Origin: a virus
Lineage: Duplodnaviria; Caudoviricetes
Virus record (IMG/VR): IMGVR_UViG_3300044638_001695
Span: 1 to 63,010 of that record
Length of the DNA: 63,010 nt
Direction: 5' to 3' (one strand)
This document shows, piece after piece, positions 7,135 through 18,100 of the stretch. The notes under the pieces were generated by a model that made no database searches, was not told where the DNA came from, and saw nothing but the letters and a program-made list of their open reading frames with translations. Each line of letters opens with the position of its first letter. Position 1 is the stretch's first letter. Made by a program: the position numbers and the translations under genes.

Positions 7135-7436
7135 ACGATGAACAGATTGAAAAAGAATTTGTTAAGAAAGCTAAATCTTTGTCTCTTTCTTTGATAGAAA
7201 CAATCAACAAAGAAACAGCAACAGAAGACAAAGAAATTTCTGTAAAGATTGCGCTTCTTTCTTTGACAAAAGTATCGGCAAGCGTTTTATACGCCATTCA
7301 AAGAAACGAACCGGATGACGCCGTTCTTGAATTGTTTATTGCGACTATTGTTGAATCACTCAACCACCTAGATAAAAACGATTTTGCACACGAAGAAGCT
7401 CAAGACATCATAGACAAACTAAAGAGCAAGCCATGA
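7131..7436 (+). CDS. Hypothetical protein
   Basis: AAGGA RBS, ATG 7131 (revised from 7059). Confidence 0.65.
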   Translation: MNDEQIEKEFVKKAKSLSLSLIETINKETATEDKEISVKIALLSLTKVSASVLYAIQRNEPDDAVLELFIATIVESLNHLDKNDFAHEEAQDIIDKLKSKP

Positions 7437-8314
7437 AAACCACGAACAAATTCAACTTGCCAGAGACATTTGTAAATATCTTACGCCGCCCCACATACAC
7501 AAAGGGTGGAGCAAACATCTCTGCAACAGAATTGATCAACAGTCCACGCATTGTTCAGCTTAAGAGAATCCATGATGAACGCCTTGAGCAAGATGTAGCA
7601 GACCAGATCTGGTCAATCTTTGGCACGGCAATTCACGCCGTACTAGAGCATGGCAAGGATCGAAACCATGTCGTTGAGGAAAGGCTTCATGCCGTTCTAG
7701 ACGGGTGGGCAATCTCAGGCGCTATTGATCTTCAGGTTATCGAGGAAGATGGGATAAAGGTTAGCGACTACAAGACGACCGGCGCATGGTCAGTCATGAA
7801 CGAGAAGATCGAATGGGAACAACAACTCAATATCTATGCTTGGCTTGTTGAGACTGTTAAGCAAGTTCCTGTTAAGTCTTTAAGTATTGTTGCTGTCATT
7901 CGTGACTGGAGCCGCAGGGAGGCCACTACAAGGGCGGGATACCCTGAAGCACCCGTCAAGGAAATACCCGTTTTGATTTGGTCTTACGAAGTTCGCACCC
8001 AGTTCATTAAGGACAGGATCCATGAACACGCCGCCGCATCACTTTCGGCAGAGACAAATGGTGATCTACCTCTATGTACGCCGGAGCAGATGTGGGAAAA
8101 GCCAACATCATGGGCAGTAAGAAAGGTTGGCAATGTGCGAGCAAAGCATATTTGTTACACCGAAGAGGATGCAGAAGAGAAGGCACAAGCCGCAGGTAAA
8201 GGCCATGTTATTGAAGTAAGGCCGGGCGAGAGAACGCGATGCGCTCAATACTGTCAGGTCAAAGACTTCTGCGGTCAATGGAAAGATTACAACTCAGGAA
8301 AGGAACAGTCATGA
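7433..8314 (+). CDS. PD-(D/E)XK / Cas4-like exonuclease
   Basis: GTAIHAVLE, SGAIDL, SDYKT, QQLNIYAWL, C-terminal RCAQYCQVKDFC. Confidence 0.85.
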   Translation: MKTTNKFNLPETFVNILRRPTYTKGGANISATELINSPRIVQLKRIHDERLEQDVADQIWSIFGTAIHAVLEHGKDRNHVVEERLHAVLDGWAISGAIDLQVIEEDGIKVSDYKTTGAWSVMNEKIEWEQQLNIYAWLVETVKQVPVKSLSIVAVIRDWSRREATTRAGYPEAPVKEIPVLIWSYEVRTQFIKDRIHEHAAASLSAETNGDLPLCTPEQMWEKPTSWAVRKVGNVRAKHICYTEEDAEEKAQAAGKGHVIEVRPGERTRCAQYCQVKDFCGQWKDYNSGKEQS

Positions 8315-8434
8315 ACCATATGCCGCCACTACCGGGTGATATTCGAGAGATTATTTTGTTTTATATACAAGACATTCAGGAAAGAATAAACAAAGTAGAA
8401 GCATTATTGTGTCTTAGCGACGAGGAAGAAGAAA

Positions 8435-8584
8435 ATGAAGACTAGACAAGAATTGATATTGGATTTTATGTTGGCAATGTCACCCAGAATTTTTGACGCC
8501 GACTGGTTTGATGATGAGATTACAGCGGTTGGTATTTATGCTATGGCAGAGCTTTTAGCTGATACATATTTGGAGAAACTTTGA
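8435..8584 (+). CDS. Small hypothetical protein (49 aa)
   Basis: MKTRQELILDFMLAM...; TGATG coupling to ERF. Confidence 0.55.
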   Translation: MKTRQELILDFMLAMSPRIFDADWFDDEITAVGIYAMAELLADTYLEKL

Positions 8585-9261
8585 TGGATAAGCCAATTGG
8601 TGTATACGGTAAACTTATTAAAGCTAGGGTTGCATTGCAGTCAAAGCAGATTAACAAGTCAGGCCACAATAAGTTCGCAGGATATAAGTACTTTGAATTA
8701 TCTGACTTCCTGCCAGCCGTGCAAGAAATCTTTGCAGAGATTGGCCTAGTGGACATTATTCAGTTCACCGCCGATGTAGCAACGATGCACTTGATCGACA
8801 TTACAGATGGCAGCAATGTTGTGTTCACCTCCCCTATGGGATCCGCCCAGTTAAAGGGATGCCACGAGGTGCAAAATATTGGCGCAGTTGAGACGTACCA
8901 ACGCAGATACCTTTATGTAGCAGCGATGGCTATCGTGGAGCATGACGCCCTTGATTCCTCTGAGCCTATTAAGGAAGAGAAGAAGCCTGAGCCAAAACCA
9001 AAGGCCGTACCTAAAGAACTCCCTATGAGCGGCAAGGATCCTGAGCGTGGGTGGAACATCACCGTTACTGAGGGCGCAGACTGGAAGGACAGCATTGTCT
9101 TGGGCGTTACAAATGCTTTAGACATGGCTGAAAAGCTTGCCGATGTTGAGAACATTTGGAAGGTTAACCGTCCTTTGTTTGACCGCCTCAAGGAAGACGA
9201 CAAGGCAACTTACGATGACTTGCTTTCAATGCTTGGCACACACAAACAAAAGTTTTTATAG
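8584..9261 (+). CDS. ERF-family single-strand annealing protein
   Basis: KSGHNKFAGYKYFELSD and QNIGAVETYQRRYLY...DALD. Confidence 0.85.
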   Translation: MDKPIGVYGKLIKARVALQSKQINKSGHNKFAGYKYFELSDFLPAVQEIFAEIGLVDIIQFTADVATMHLIDITDGSNVVFTSPMGSAQLKGCHEVQNIGAVETYQRRYLYVAAMAIVEHDALDSSEPIKEEKKPEPKPKAVPKELPMSGKDPERGWNITVTEGADWKDSIVLGVTNALDMAEKLADVENIWKVNRPLFDRLKEDDKATYDDLLSMLGTHKQKFL

Positions 9262-9270
9262 GAGAAGTAA

Positions 9271-9540
9271 ATGGAATATCCAAACAGCGGGGCATTGTTC
9301 CCTAACAAAAACAAGAAGTCTGAGTCGCACCCCAATGTGCGAGGCAATGTCAAGATAGAACGCTCGCTATTGAAGGAACTAATGAACGAAACAGATAACG
9401 AGTTAATCGAGATCGAGATTTCTGGATGGACAAAAGAGTTCAAAGACGGCAAGTTTCTTTCTTTAAAAGTATCCAAACCATACAAGAAAGAAGGTTACAA
9501 GCCCAAGAAAGATGATGACGAAGAATCAATTCCATTTTGA
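9271..9540 (+). CDS. Small SSB-like protein
   Basis: NSGALFPNK...HP..RG, ISGW, FLSLKVS; acidic tail DDDEESIPF; follows ERF. Confidence 0.7.
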   Translation: MEYPNSGALFPNKNKKSESHPNVRGNVKIERSLLKELMNETDNELIEIEISGWTKEFKDGKFLSLKVSKPYKKEGYKPKKDDDEESIPF

Positions 9541-9550
9541 GGAAAAACAA

Positions 9551-9754
9551 ATGATTAAAAAACGTGGACGCCCGCCCAAAGCAGTAGTAGTTACGCCCAA
9601 CTGGGAAGACCTGTGCAAAAAACTTCAAGAAGCCCTAGAGCGGCAGATTGATGAGACAGAGGAACTTGAAAACCAACGTGATCTTCTATCCTCAAATGTC
9701 CTAAAGCTTATGGGAGTAGTCGAATATCTGGAACGCAAGAATGGAAACAATTAA
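9551..9754 (+). CDS. Hypothetical coiled-coil protein with AT-hook-like KKRGRPPK
   Basis: GAGGA RBS, ATG 9551. Confidence 0.6.
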   Translation: MIKKRGRPPKAVVVTPNWEDLCKKLQEALERQIDETEELENQRDLLSSNVLKLMGVVEYLERKNGNN

Positions 9755-10160
9755 CTTCGAGGCTATCAAGATCGGGCTGAAACAGTCTAAGGACGGGTTC
9801 GTCCTAACCTTGGCTGTCCACCCTGAGGACATACCTGATGAGCTGATGCGTGATTTTGTTGGCTCTAGATATCAGGTAGTAATGGTCAGACTTGGGGATG
9901 ATGACCAACCGCTTAGCCGAGAGGGTGAGTTTCCCGGCGACCATGCGGTGAAGATGGCAGGGATGTTGTGCCGTAGCCAAGAGTTCTGGCGATGGCTACA
10001 CGACAGGGAAATGCTCATGGAGAGAAACGAAGCGGCTTGCACAGAATGGTTAATAAGCTACCTAGGGATTGAATCTAGGAAAGAACTTAAAACCAACACT
10101 GAGGCTCGCGCCCTTTTTAACCAGTTAAAGCGCAGTTTTGACGCATGGAGCAAACAATGA
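9741..10160 (+). CDS. Hypothetical protein
   Basis: 139-aa ORF in operon. Confidence 0.7.
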   Translation: METINFEAIKIGLKQSKDGFVLTLAVHPEDIPDELMRDFVGSRYQVVMVRLGDDDQPLSREGEFPGDHAVKMAGMLCRSQEFWRWLHDREMLMERNEAACTEWLISYLGIESRKELKTNTEARALFNQLKRSFDAWSKQ

Positions 10161-10441
10161 ATGACCGATTAGTCCCATACAGTGTGTATCTTTCTAAGGA
10201 ACATTACGACAAGATCCGCCTACACGCCAAGAACCGTAAGGCTTCCTCATTAGTACGAGATGCTATTACTATGATTATTGACGGCAACGACCCCTACAAA
10301 GCAGGTTACGGTCAAGCAATCCGAGACGCAATTAAGATCGTAGACGCCTGTAAAGAAGTAGAACACTTTGCCTTCAAGGGAAAATATCTCAACGATATTC
10401 TTATTGATCAAATGAAGAAGCTTGATACCAGTAGTAAATAG
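10157..10441 (+). CDS. Ribbon-helix-helix-like protein
   Basis: PYSVYLSKEHYDKIR...ASSLVRDAI pattern. Confidence 0.5.
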   Translation: MNDRLVPYSVYLSKEHYDKIRLHAKNRKASSLVRDAITMIIDGNDPYKAGYGQAIRDAIKIVDACKEVEHFAFKGKYLNDILIDQMKKLDTSSK

Positions 10442-10450
10442 GAGAAAGCA

Positions 10451-10696
10451 ATGGCAACAAAACGAAATTACACCAAAGAGTACGAGACGCAACAGCAACG
10501 CGGGGAGCTTCCTGACCGCATGGAGCGCCAACGCGCTAGGCGGGCGCTAGACGCGAAAGGAGTGTCTAGGGCAGGCAAAGATGTAGCCCACGTCAAAGCC
10601 CTCTCTAAGGGCGGTTCTAACGCAGATGGGATCAAACTTGAGTCGCCTAGAAAGAACCGTTCGTTCCCTAGGAAATCTAGTGGGGCAATGAAATGA
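10451..10696 (+). CDS. Small HNH-like protein
   Basis: GKDVAHVKALSKGGSN...KNRS. Confidence 0.65.
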   Translation: MATKRNYTKEYETQQQRGELPDRMERQRARRALDAKGVSRAGKDVAHVKALSKGGSNADGIKLESPRKNRSFPRKSSGAMK

Positions 10697-10890
10697 AAGA
10701 TGAAGAGCAACGCATCTTATTTGCAGCACTCGCCATGCTTGGCGGAGTCATACGGCATGGTGCGATGCACAAGTTTATAGCATTAGACGCTTGGGCAATG
10801 GCGGATGAAATGCTATTGGCTAGGGATGGGCAGGAAGAAGTAGGTATTACCGCAATTAAACCTAAACGTAAACCAAGGACGACAGAATGA
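10693..10890 (+). CDS. Hypothetical protein
   Basis: FAALAM...AWAMADEML motif common in small phage proteins. Confidence 0.65.
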   Translation: MKDEEQRILFAALAMLGGVIRHGAMHKFIALDAWAMADEMLLARDGQEEVGITAIKPKRKPRTTE

Positions 10891-11027
10891 AAACAATTAT
10901 CTTTGCTCTTATCATGACATTTTCATCAACTACTTTTGCCGCAATGAAGTGTGAGCGCACGCCAACAGGAACTTGTTGTTGGGACACCCAGAAAGAAGGC
11001 CCATTTCGTCCACTCTCATGTGGATAA
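10887..11027 (+). CDS. Small secreted Cys-rich peptide (46 aa, not in ORF track)
   Basis: MKTIIFALIMTFSSTTFA-AMKCERTPTGTCCWDTQKEGPFRPLSCG; AAGGA RBS, ATGA overlap. Confidence 0.6.
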   Translation: MKTIIFALIMTFSSTTFAAMKCERTPTGTCCWDTQKEGPFRPLSCG

Positions 11028-11030
11028 ATC

Positions 11031-11053
11031 ACACTGTAACACTGTTATAGTGT
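11031..11053 (+). promoter_or_regulatory. 23-bp palindromic operator / extended -10 promoter
   Basis: ACACTGTAACACTGTTATAGTGT; near-identical copies at 54496 and 60759. Confidence 0.75.
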
Positions 11054-11059
11054 AAATCC

Positions 11060-11347
11060 ATGTATAGAAACAAGAAACTCTTAGAGGTTGTCAGGCAATC
11101 CTATTGCCAGAACTGTGGCGCACAAGATGGAACAATCGTTGCGGCGCACTCAAATCAGTTACGAGACGGCAAAGGCAGGGGAATTAAAGCGGATGACTAT
11201 CGTATCGCGGCACTTTGTTTTAGATGCCACTCTGAGTTAGATCAGGGAACCAAGATGAGCAGGGCGGAGCGCGTAGAGATGTGGGAAGAGTCTCATCGCA
11301 AAACCATTGCTTGGCTGTTTGATAACGATCATATTGAGATCAAATGA
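11060..11347 (+). CDS. Zn-binding HNH-fold nuclease (YbcO/DUF1364-like)
   Basis: CQNC, VAAHSN, GKGRGIKADD, LCFRCHSELD. Confidence 0.7.
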   Translation: MYRNKKLLEVVRQSYCQNCGAQDGTIVAAHSNQLRDGKGRGIKADDYRIAALCFRCHSELDQGTKMSRAERVEMWEESHRKTIAWLFDNDHIEIK

Positions 11348-12132
11348 ATCCATACCTAATCACGGAACCGACTTGCATTAGCTTCTCTGGAGGCCGGACT
11401 TCTGCTTATATGCTTTATAAGGTGCTAGAGGCGCATGGCGGAAAGCTTCCAGACGATGCCGTGGTTTGTTTTGCTAACACCGGCAAAGAAGAGGAGGCAA
11501 CCCTGCAATTTGTGCATGACTGTGAGAAAAACTGGAACGCACCTATCGTATGGCTAGAGTACCAAGCAGAAAACCCAAAGTTTAAAGTTGTTGATTTCGA
11601 TACCGCTAGCAGGGCAGGAGAGCCGTTTGCAGCTCTGATTAAGAAGCGTAGCTACCTACCCAATCCAGTAGCCAGATTCTGCACCACGGAACTCAAGGTG
11701 CTAGCAATTGATAGGTACATGAAATCAATCGACAAGCCTGACTATGTAACTCTCGTAGGGATTCGAGCAGACGAGCCTAGACGGGTTGCAAAGATGAAAA
11801 CAAACAAAGACGAGAAGCTTACGCCTCTAGCAACAGATGGGGTAACAGAGGCAAAGGTTTGGCAATTCTGGAATCAGAATTCTTTTGATTTAACCTTGCC
11901 GAAGATCAGTGGTGCTTCTAATTGCGACCTTTGTTTCTTAAAAGGCGCGGGCATTATTGCTGGATTGATTTCTCAAAAGCCAGAACGAGCTATCTGGTGG
12001 GCAGATATGGAAAAACAAATTGGCGGCAGATTTTCTAAAGACAGGCCAACCTATGAACAGATGATGCAATACCAGAGGGATCAGATCCCCCTGTTTGATG
12101 ATGAAAGTATTGCTTGTTTCTGCGGAGATTAG
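11344..12132 (+). CDS. PAPS reductase family (PP-loop) protein
   Basis: ISFSGGRTS, FANTGKE, RFCTTELK, GIRADEPRR, NCDLCF. Confidence 0.85.
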   Translation: MNPYLITEPTCISFSGGRTSAYMLYKVLEAHGGKLPDDAVVCFANTGKEEEATLQFVHDCEKNWNAPIVWLEYQAENPKFKVVDFDTASRAGEPFAALIKKRSYLPNPVARFCTTELKVLAIDRYMKSIDKPDYVTLVGIRADEPRRVAKMKTNKDEKLTPLATDGVTEAKVWQFWNQNSFDLTLPKISGASNCDLCFLKGAGIIAGLISQKPERAIWWADMEKQIGGRFSKDRPTYEQMMQYQRDQIPLFDDESIACFCGD

Positions 12133-15100
12133 TTGTACTTCCTAACCTGATCGTTAAACTGTTTCATCATTCTAGTTTTTTGATCGTCAAGTTTCTTGAT
12201 GCGCTCAATAGGTTCTTGTTTCTCAACCATTTCTCTACGCCGTCTATTTAATTTAGATATTTCGTTCTCAAGCGTATTTGCGCGACGCCACATAGAGGCT
12301 TCTGGGTTGTTGCGCATATACTCTGTAACGCTTTCTCTGCGCTCAATGCGGCCTTTAATAGACGCCTCATGCTCAGCCATCTTGATGACGTTGCTATAGA
12401 AGCGCTGAGATATAGCAGGGGGAGAGTTGAGGTCGCCAACAATCTTACCGGCGATAGGAACCTTGTAGTCTGGCGTTTCCTTGTCTTGTATTTTATTGGA
12501 AACATAAGTCAAAATGCCGGACACTTCACGATATACGCCGCCACCAAGCTGTTTGCCTAGATAGTCAATCTGGTCTGCCGTTGGACTCAATGCGCCTCGT
12601 TTGTCCTTATCACCAAACGTAATAGTATTAATAAACTCGGCTAAGAATTGACTAATCGAAGGAGATGGATCGCGAGAAAGTTTATAACCCGGAACCGGAG
12701 ATGTTGCACGGGACTCCCTTGAGATTGGCCTACCAAAAGCGTCTTTATTCTCAATGAGAGCAACAATTGGATCTGCAACGGTAGGTGCAACCATTTGCAG
12801 AAGTCCACCGCCACCAAGCGGGTTAAATGCGTTAGCCAGCATTGTCACCGCATTAACAAGCTGTGGCGTAACCGATTGCCCTTTAGATGCTTTAGAAGCT
12901 GTCTCAAAGAATGTGCGACCAAGGTTTGGGAATATGTTGAATCCAAACGGCATAGGCCACATCACATACTTGCCGTCACCCGTTGGGATGATCAGGTTCT
13001 TTTGCTTTATAAATTCTGTTGGCTCATCTTCATCGAAACCTGCCATAGCCAAAGCAATTGCCTGAGCAATACCAATTCCAATACCAGCCGCCATGATCGT
13101 CTTGCCTTTCGGACCAGACAGTGTTTCATACAAGCGTTTTGTACCTTGAGCCGACGCATTAAAGAACGCATATAGAGAGCCAGCCGTAACGCCAAAAGTG
13201 CCTTTACGGTTAAAGTTAACGGTAATGTTCTTTGCAATGTCAGCCGCACGAGCCTTCATATCTTCTAATTGCTTTTCGCTGATTTTGCCGCCCGCATTGT
13301 TTGCTTCGGCTTCTTTCTTAAATTTATCAAGTGCTACACGATAGGCAGAAAGACGAGTGGCATTTTCCAAAACATCGTTGACATTAGAAATCCAGTTAGC
13401 AACCTTATAAGCCCCGCTCATGGTGATGCCACGATCAAGAGCTGCTAACTCACGATTAACAATGTTTGTAGATTGATTTAGTCTGGCAAACTGATCCTTG
13501 TATCCAACCTTGCCACCATGCTTTGTGAAGTCATCCCAAGATCCGTCTCCAGTATCGCTAAATGGCTTGTCAGCAGTTTGCTCACGCACAGCTTTGTAAA
13601 TGTCAGGTATAGCGGAGAACGTCCCCGTGAATACAGCATTCTTATCTTCTGCAATAGGCGTTGTGGAAAGGTTTAAACGAGCGCCCTGAATGTCACGCGC
13701 AAAGTTCCAAGCACCGAAGATAAGGTTGTATTGCGTGTTAATGGCAGAGAAGAACCGAGTAATAGGCGCAATCGTCTGCATGACAGAGCCTAGCTGCGGA
13801 ACATCCAAGCCTCGCAAAGACTGCACCATTTGCATGGAACGATCATTCTTTGGATTGAAAAACACAAATCTATCTTTCCCGTCCATCTTTACGGGTAGCA
13901 CGTAATCACCATACTTGGCTGTCGTGTCTATATATCTATCAACAACACCGGTTTCTTTGTTAAACCTTTCCTTGGTAGGTTCAGCCATGATGTTTTTAAC
14001 AAAGGCTTCTGCATCCTGCCTAGAAAGATCAAACTTATCTTCCAGTTCTGCAACTAATAGATCTTTGTTTTTAATAGCGTCTGGACTAATTGCCATCCAG
14101 TATTCTGGATTGGGATTCATAACCGCTAAGCCATATACGGCGCGGTTAACTTTTTCTTTTTCGATGCGATGAACTGCAATCTCTCTGTTAGCCGCAATGT
14201 TCGAAAGAACATCAATGACATCTTTAGCAGATCCAGTACGAGACTTGGCGTAGTCACCAACCCTGCGATAGCTTGAGCTTGGCAGAGAATAGTCACTCTC
14301 TTCACGGCGCAGAGGCACATAAAACTCAAACAGCGATTCCCAAGCTTCTTTCTGCTCTTTAGTGATGACACCGCCTTCCTCAAGCAAGTCACGAGTCTTT
14401 TTAAGAACCTCGTCTACTTTTTTGGCAAGCGACTCAAATACTTTCTTTTTAGCAGGATCAAGAGCCTTGAAATAGTCTTCTCTCTGCTGATAAGAAACGC
14501 CAGAGCCTTTATCTTGCTTGGTAGGGTCATTTGGGTTGCGTTTGGCAATAAGGTCGTTAGCCTCTTCTGCATGGCGCATCACCAAGTATTCAGTTAAGGC
14601 TTCATCGGTAATGTTGCCGTCTTTCATCTCTTTGATGATTGGGCGGAACTCAAGGCTAAGAAAGTCTTTTACCTGTCTTTCTGCCCGACCATGAGCAAGC
14701 GTTTCAGCGCGGTAAGCATTTAAGTCGTTGCCAATCTCACCAACGATTTTTGTAATTTCCTTTTGCACCAGATCTAGGTTGCGATGTTTATCGAATAACT
14801 GGATTGCTCTAGTATCTTTCCATGTCATTGGCTCTAACGATTGCCATGTTGCAGCGGGTTTTGGCTTTAATGGAAGAGACTTGGGTGCGGGCAATACGCT
14901 GGGTAGCGTTGCCTGCGAAGGCTTATTTGTTGGCTTAGGAATATTATATGTAGGCAGCATCTTTCCAACCATGCGTACATAATCCGACAACATTGGACTC
15001 TTGCGTTCTTTATCAGCATTGATGACGCTGTTAAATGTTTTGTATACGGAACTTTTGTTATCAAAACCCAAAACATTTTTTAACGCTTCAAACAAACCTT

Positions 15101-18100
15101 TTACAGATGTTTTAAACCTCTGCCATCCTCCGCCCAAATACGAAGCCATAAGAGGCTCGGCGTTCACTGCCCAAAACTCAGATGGATTAATGTATTGGTA
15201 GTATGAATAATCCGGCATTGCATCTGCTGCAAGTTGCATAGTTTCGTTGGTTGGGTTTTCAATAAAATTACCAACCGTTACAAAAAAAGCCTTTTCTTCA
15301 TCTGTCTTTGCATTTCGTGTTGCTTTAAGCAGGGACTTACCCCAAGCGTCAACCAATGCAGCTTGGGCGTCCTGAGTCATTAATTGCTCAAGAGAGTGCG
15401 TAACTTCATGGCGTAATGTAGATGGGTTTGTAGTTCCTTCTGATTCTTTGAAAAGACGCACAATTTTTGTTAACGCAAAGAATTGACCAGCCGCGTCAAG
15501 ATCGGCGGCCTTACCAGTAGCAGTCTTAACGGACAGCCTTAACCCATCCAACAGACTTGGATTTTTTTTGTACATTGCGTCAACGACATCGTAAACCTCT
15601 TGCGATATATTGCCATCTGCAAGTTCCTTTGCCGCCCGAGCCAAGAAATCAACCGGTGATGTTTTTGGTTCTTTTGTTGACTCGATGACGTCTTTTAAAT
15701 CTTGCGCTTGAAGAGACAAATATTTGTATGATTCTTTATCAAACGGCTTGCTTTTGTCTTTAACAAAACGACGCTGAATTGCTGCCAACTTTTGTTTTAA
15801 GCTTGCATACTTAGCAATATTTTCTTTGCGAATTTGTTCAGCAGAGTTGGAAGAAGCAATTTCTTGGTCAGGAAATATGGTTCTTAAATTGCTTGTTGAT
15901 TCCATAAAATCATCAAACGAATCCCATGACATATCTACCTTATCGGGATCAAGGTTGTCTACAACTTTGCCATCTTCTGTAAGGTAAAAAGTAAAACCGT
16001 CTAGCGTTTTGAACTCTTTGCTTTTGTTTTTCTTTCCGACGTTATAAAGAAACTCATCTTTAGACGCATACTTGACATCTTTAGCAAGTAAGAAGCGACC
16101 AATTTGATAAAGCTCACTAGCACTAGAGACAGGCTCACCAGTCGAGCGATCATAGAAATACCCACGACGAGATGGGTCAAAACCAACTTGAGTCCATGCG
16201 CTGTCTTTGGATAGCTCTTTTACCTTATTTAAAGTTTCTTCTGGGCTTGTGTTAACCCATTCGCCTTCTGCCGTTTGCAATGGCTCTTTGACAGGGTTGA
16301 TCCCCATGTTTAAGCTTTTTTCCTGACTCCTAGGTGCAAACGTGACGTTTTTAATATGCCCAGTGCTGGCGTATTTAATGACTTTTCCTGCCGTCTTGTA
16401 AGGAAGGCCTGTTTTCGGATCGTCGTTTGCCTTGCCTGTATGGATAGACACAACAGGAAGTCCCGCATTTAGCGCAGGAACGTCCATTCTTAATCCAACT
16501 TTTGTTCCATTTGGTATGGATTTTTCTACCCGTGCAGCGTCTACAGGATCGTGGAAAAAATCTACAATCTTTTGCAATGGAGTGGGTGGCTCTAAAACAT
16601 CCATTGAGACTTCAGCTATAGGCGTGTATTTGTCTGCGTAAGCGTTAAAGTCTTCTCTAGACATCTTCCCTTGCTGAAATAACCTACCAGCCGCTACGAC
16701 ATAAGGGTTGCGACCTTTTGGAGTCTTCTGACCTGTTATGTCCAATTCAGGCAATTCTTTTTTGTCTACAAATATATCTTTCTGACCAGTTAGGTCTTCC
16801 TCTGCCGTCTTGCCAAGCTCAAACTCGCCAGCAGCTTTCTCGCTACGGGCGGCGATATCTTTGCGGTCTTGCTCAGACTTGGCCTTAGCGTCAGCCTCAC
16901 GGTCAGCGCGAGCCTTGTCTGCGGCAGCTTTATCGGCAGCTTCTTGCTTGGCCTTTAACTCTTCTTCGCTTGGGCTTGTAAGTTCCGCTGGTGGCGGCGG
17001 TACATTAACTTGGCTAACATCTCCACGGCCTCCTTGCTTGGCTGCTTGGGCAATTGCTTTGGCGAGTTCTGATTTTGCACGGTTGTAATACTCCAATTCG
17101 GATAGGTTTTGAGCGCCTTTGATCCCGTCAATAATTGCACCGGAATCCAAACCTAGTTTTTGCATTTGCCTTTCAAGCTCAGCAACCTCGGCCTGCAACT
17201 CTGGGCTTGCCTTTGTAAATCCAATTACATTTAAGTCTTGTGGCGTGTAGCCAGCATCTAACATAATTTGCTTGGCTGTGTTTTCTACAACCTTTGCCGC
17301 TGGCACTTTAGCGGGAGCCTCGCCAAACATATCAGGCTCTTGAGAGCGCGATGCTTCGGCATTTACGTCAGTAGCAATACGACGCAAGCCTTCACCAATT
17401 TTCTTCGCAGAACGAGTATTGTTTGCAAACAATTGCAAGACTTGCTTGGCAATAGAGTCTTCGCTAATTAACTCTTGTTGAGCAATAACATCGGCTAGTT
17501 TTTGTCCTTGTCTGCTAGCATTAATAGCCATTTCAGCCGACTGAACAACTTGCGGACGTATATCGTACTCACCTGTTCCGGCAAGCTGCGCCATTTGTGG
17601 AGCCGCCTGAGATAGGCCGTTAATAATGTTAGCCGCATCAACAGACTTTGCCTCTGCTGCAAGTGAAACTAACGCATCATTGCCATAGGCTTTATAGAAA
17701 ATAGCAGCGTTTAGGCGATCATAAGCTTGGCGCGTTGGGCGTCCCTGCTTGTCAATCAACTCTTGCTGCTCGGATTGCGGCATTGCAGCAACGAATCCAC
17801 GAACCGTTTCTGGACTGATTGCTCCATCTTCACGGAACTCAAGCCCGTCAAGATCAATTCGGTTTGCATCGTTCTTAGCTCGTTCTGTTGCCGACAAAGC
17901 AAGAGTAGAGGAGGTATTGCTTTCATCCGCAATATCTTGAGTAACCTGATCCTGCGGCATAATGCGCACTAAAATCGGGTTCTTAATTCTGTTAATGACG
18001 TCCGGGCTAATGCCGTGAATATCATCCGCAAGAAGGTCTTGTTTGTACTGACCCATCGTGCCACGAACATAGCCTTCCTTGAGGCCGGCAATACGCCCGT

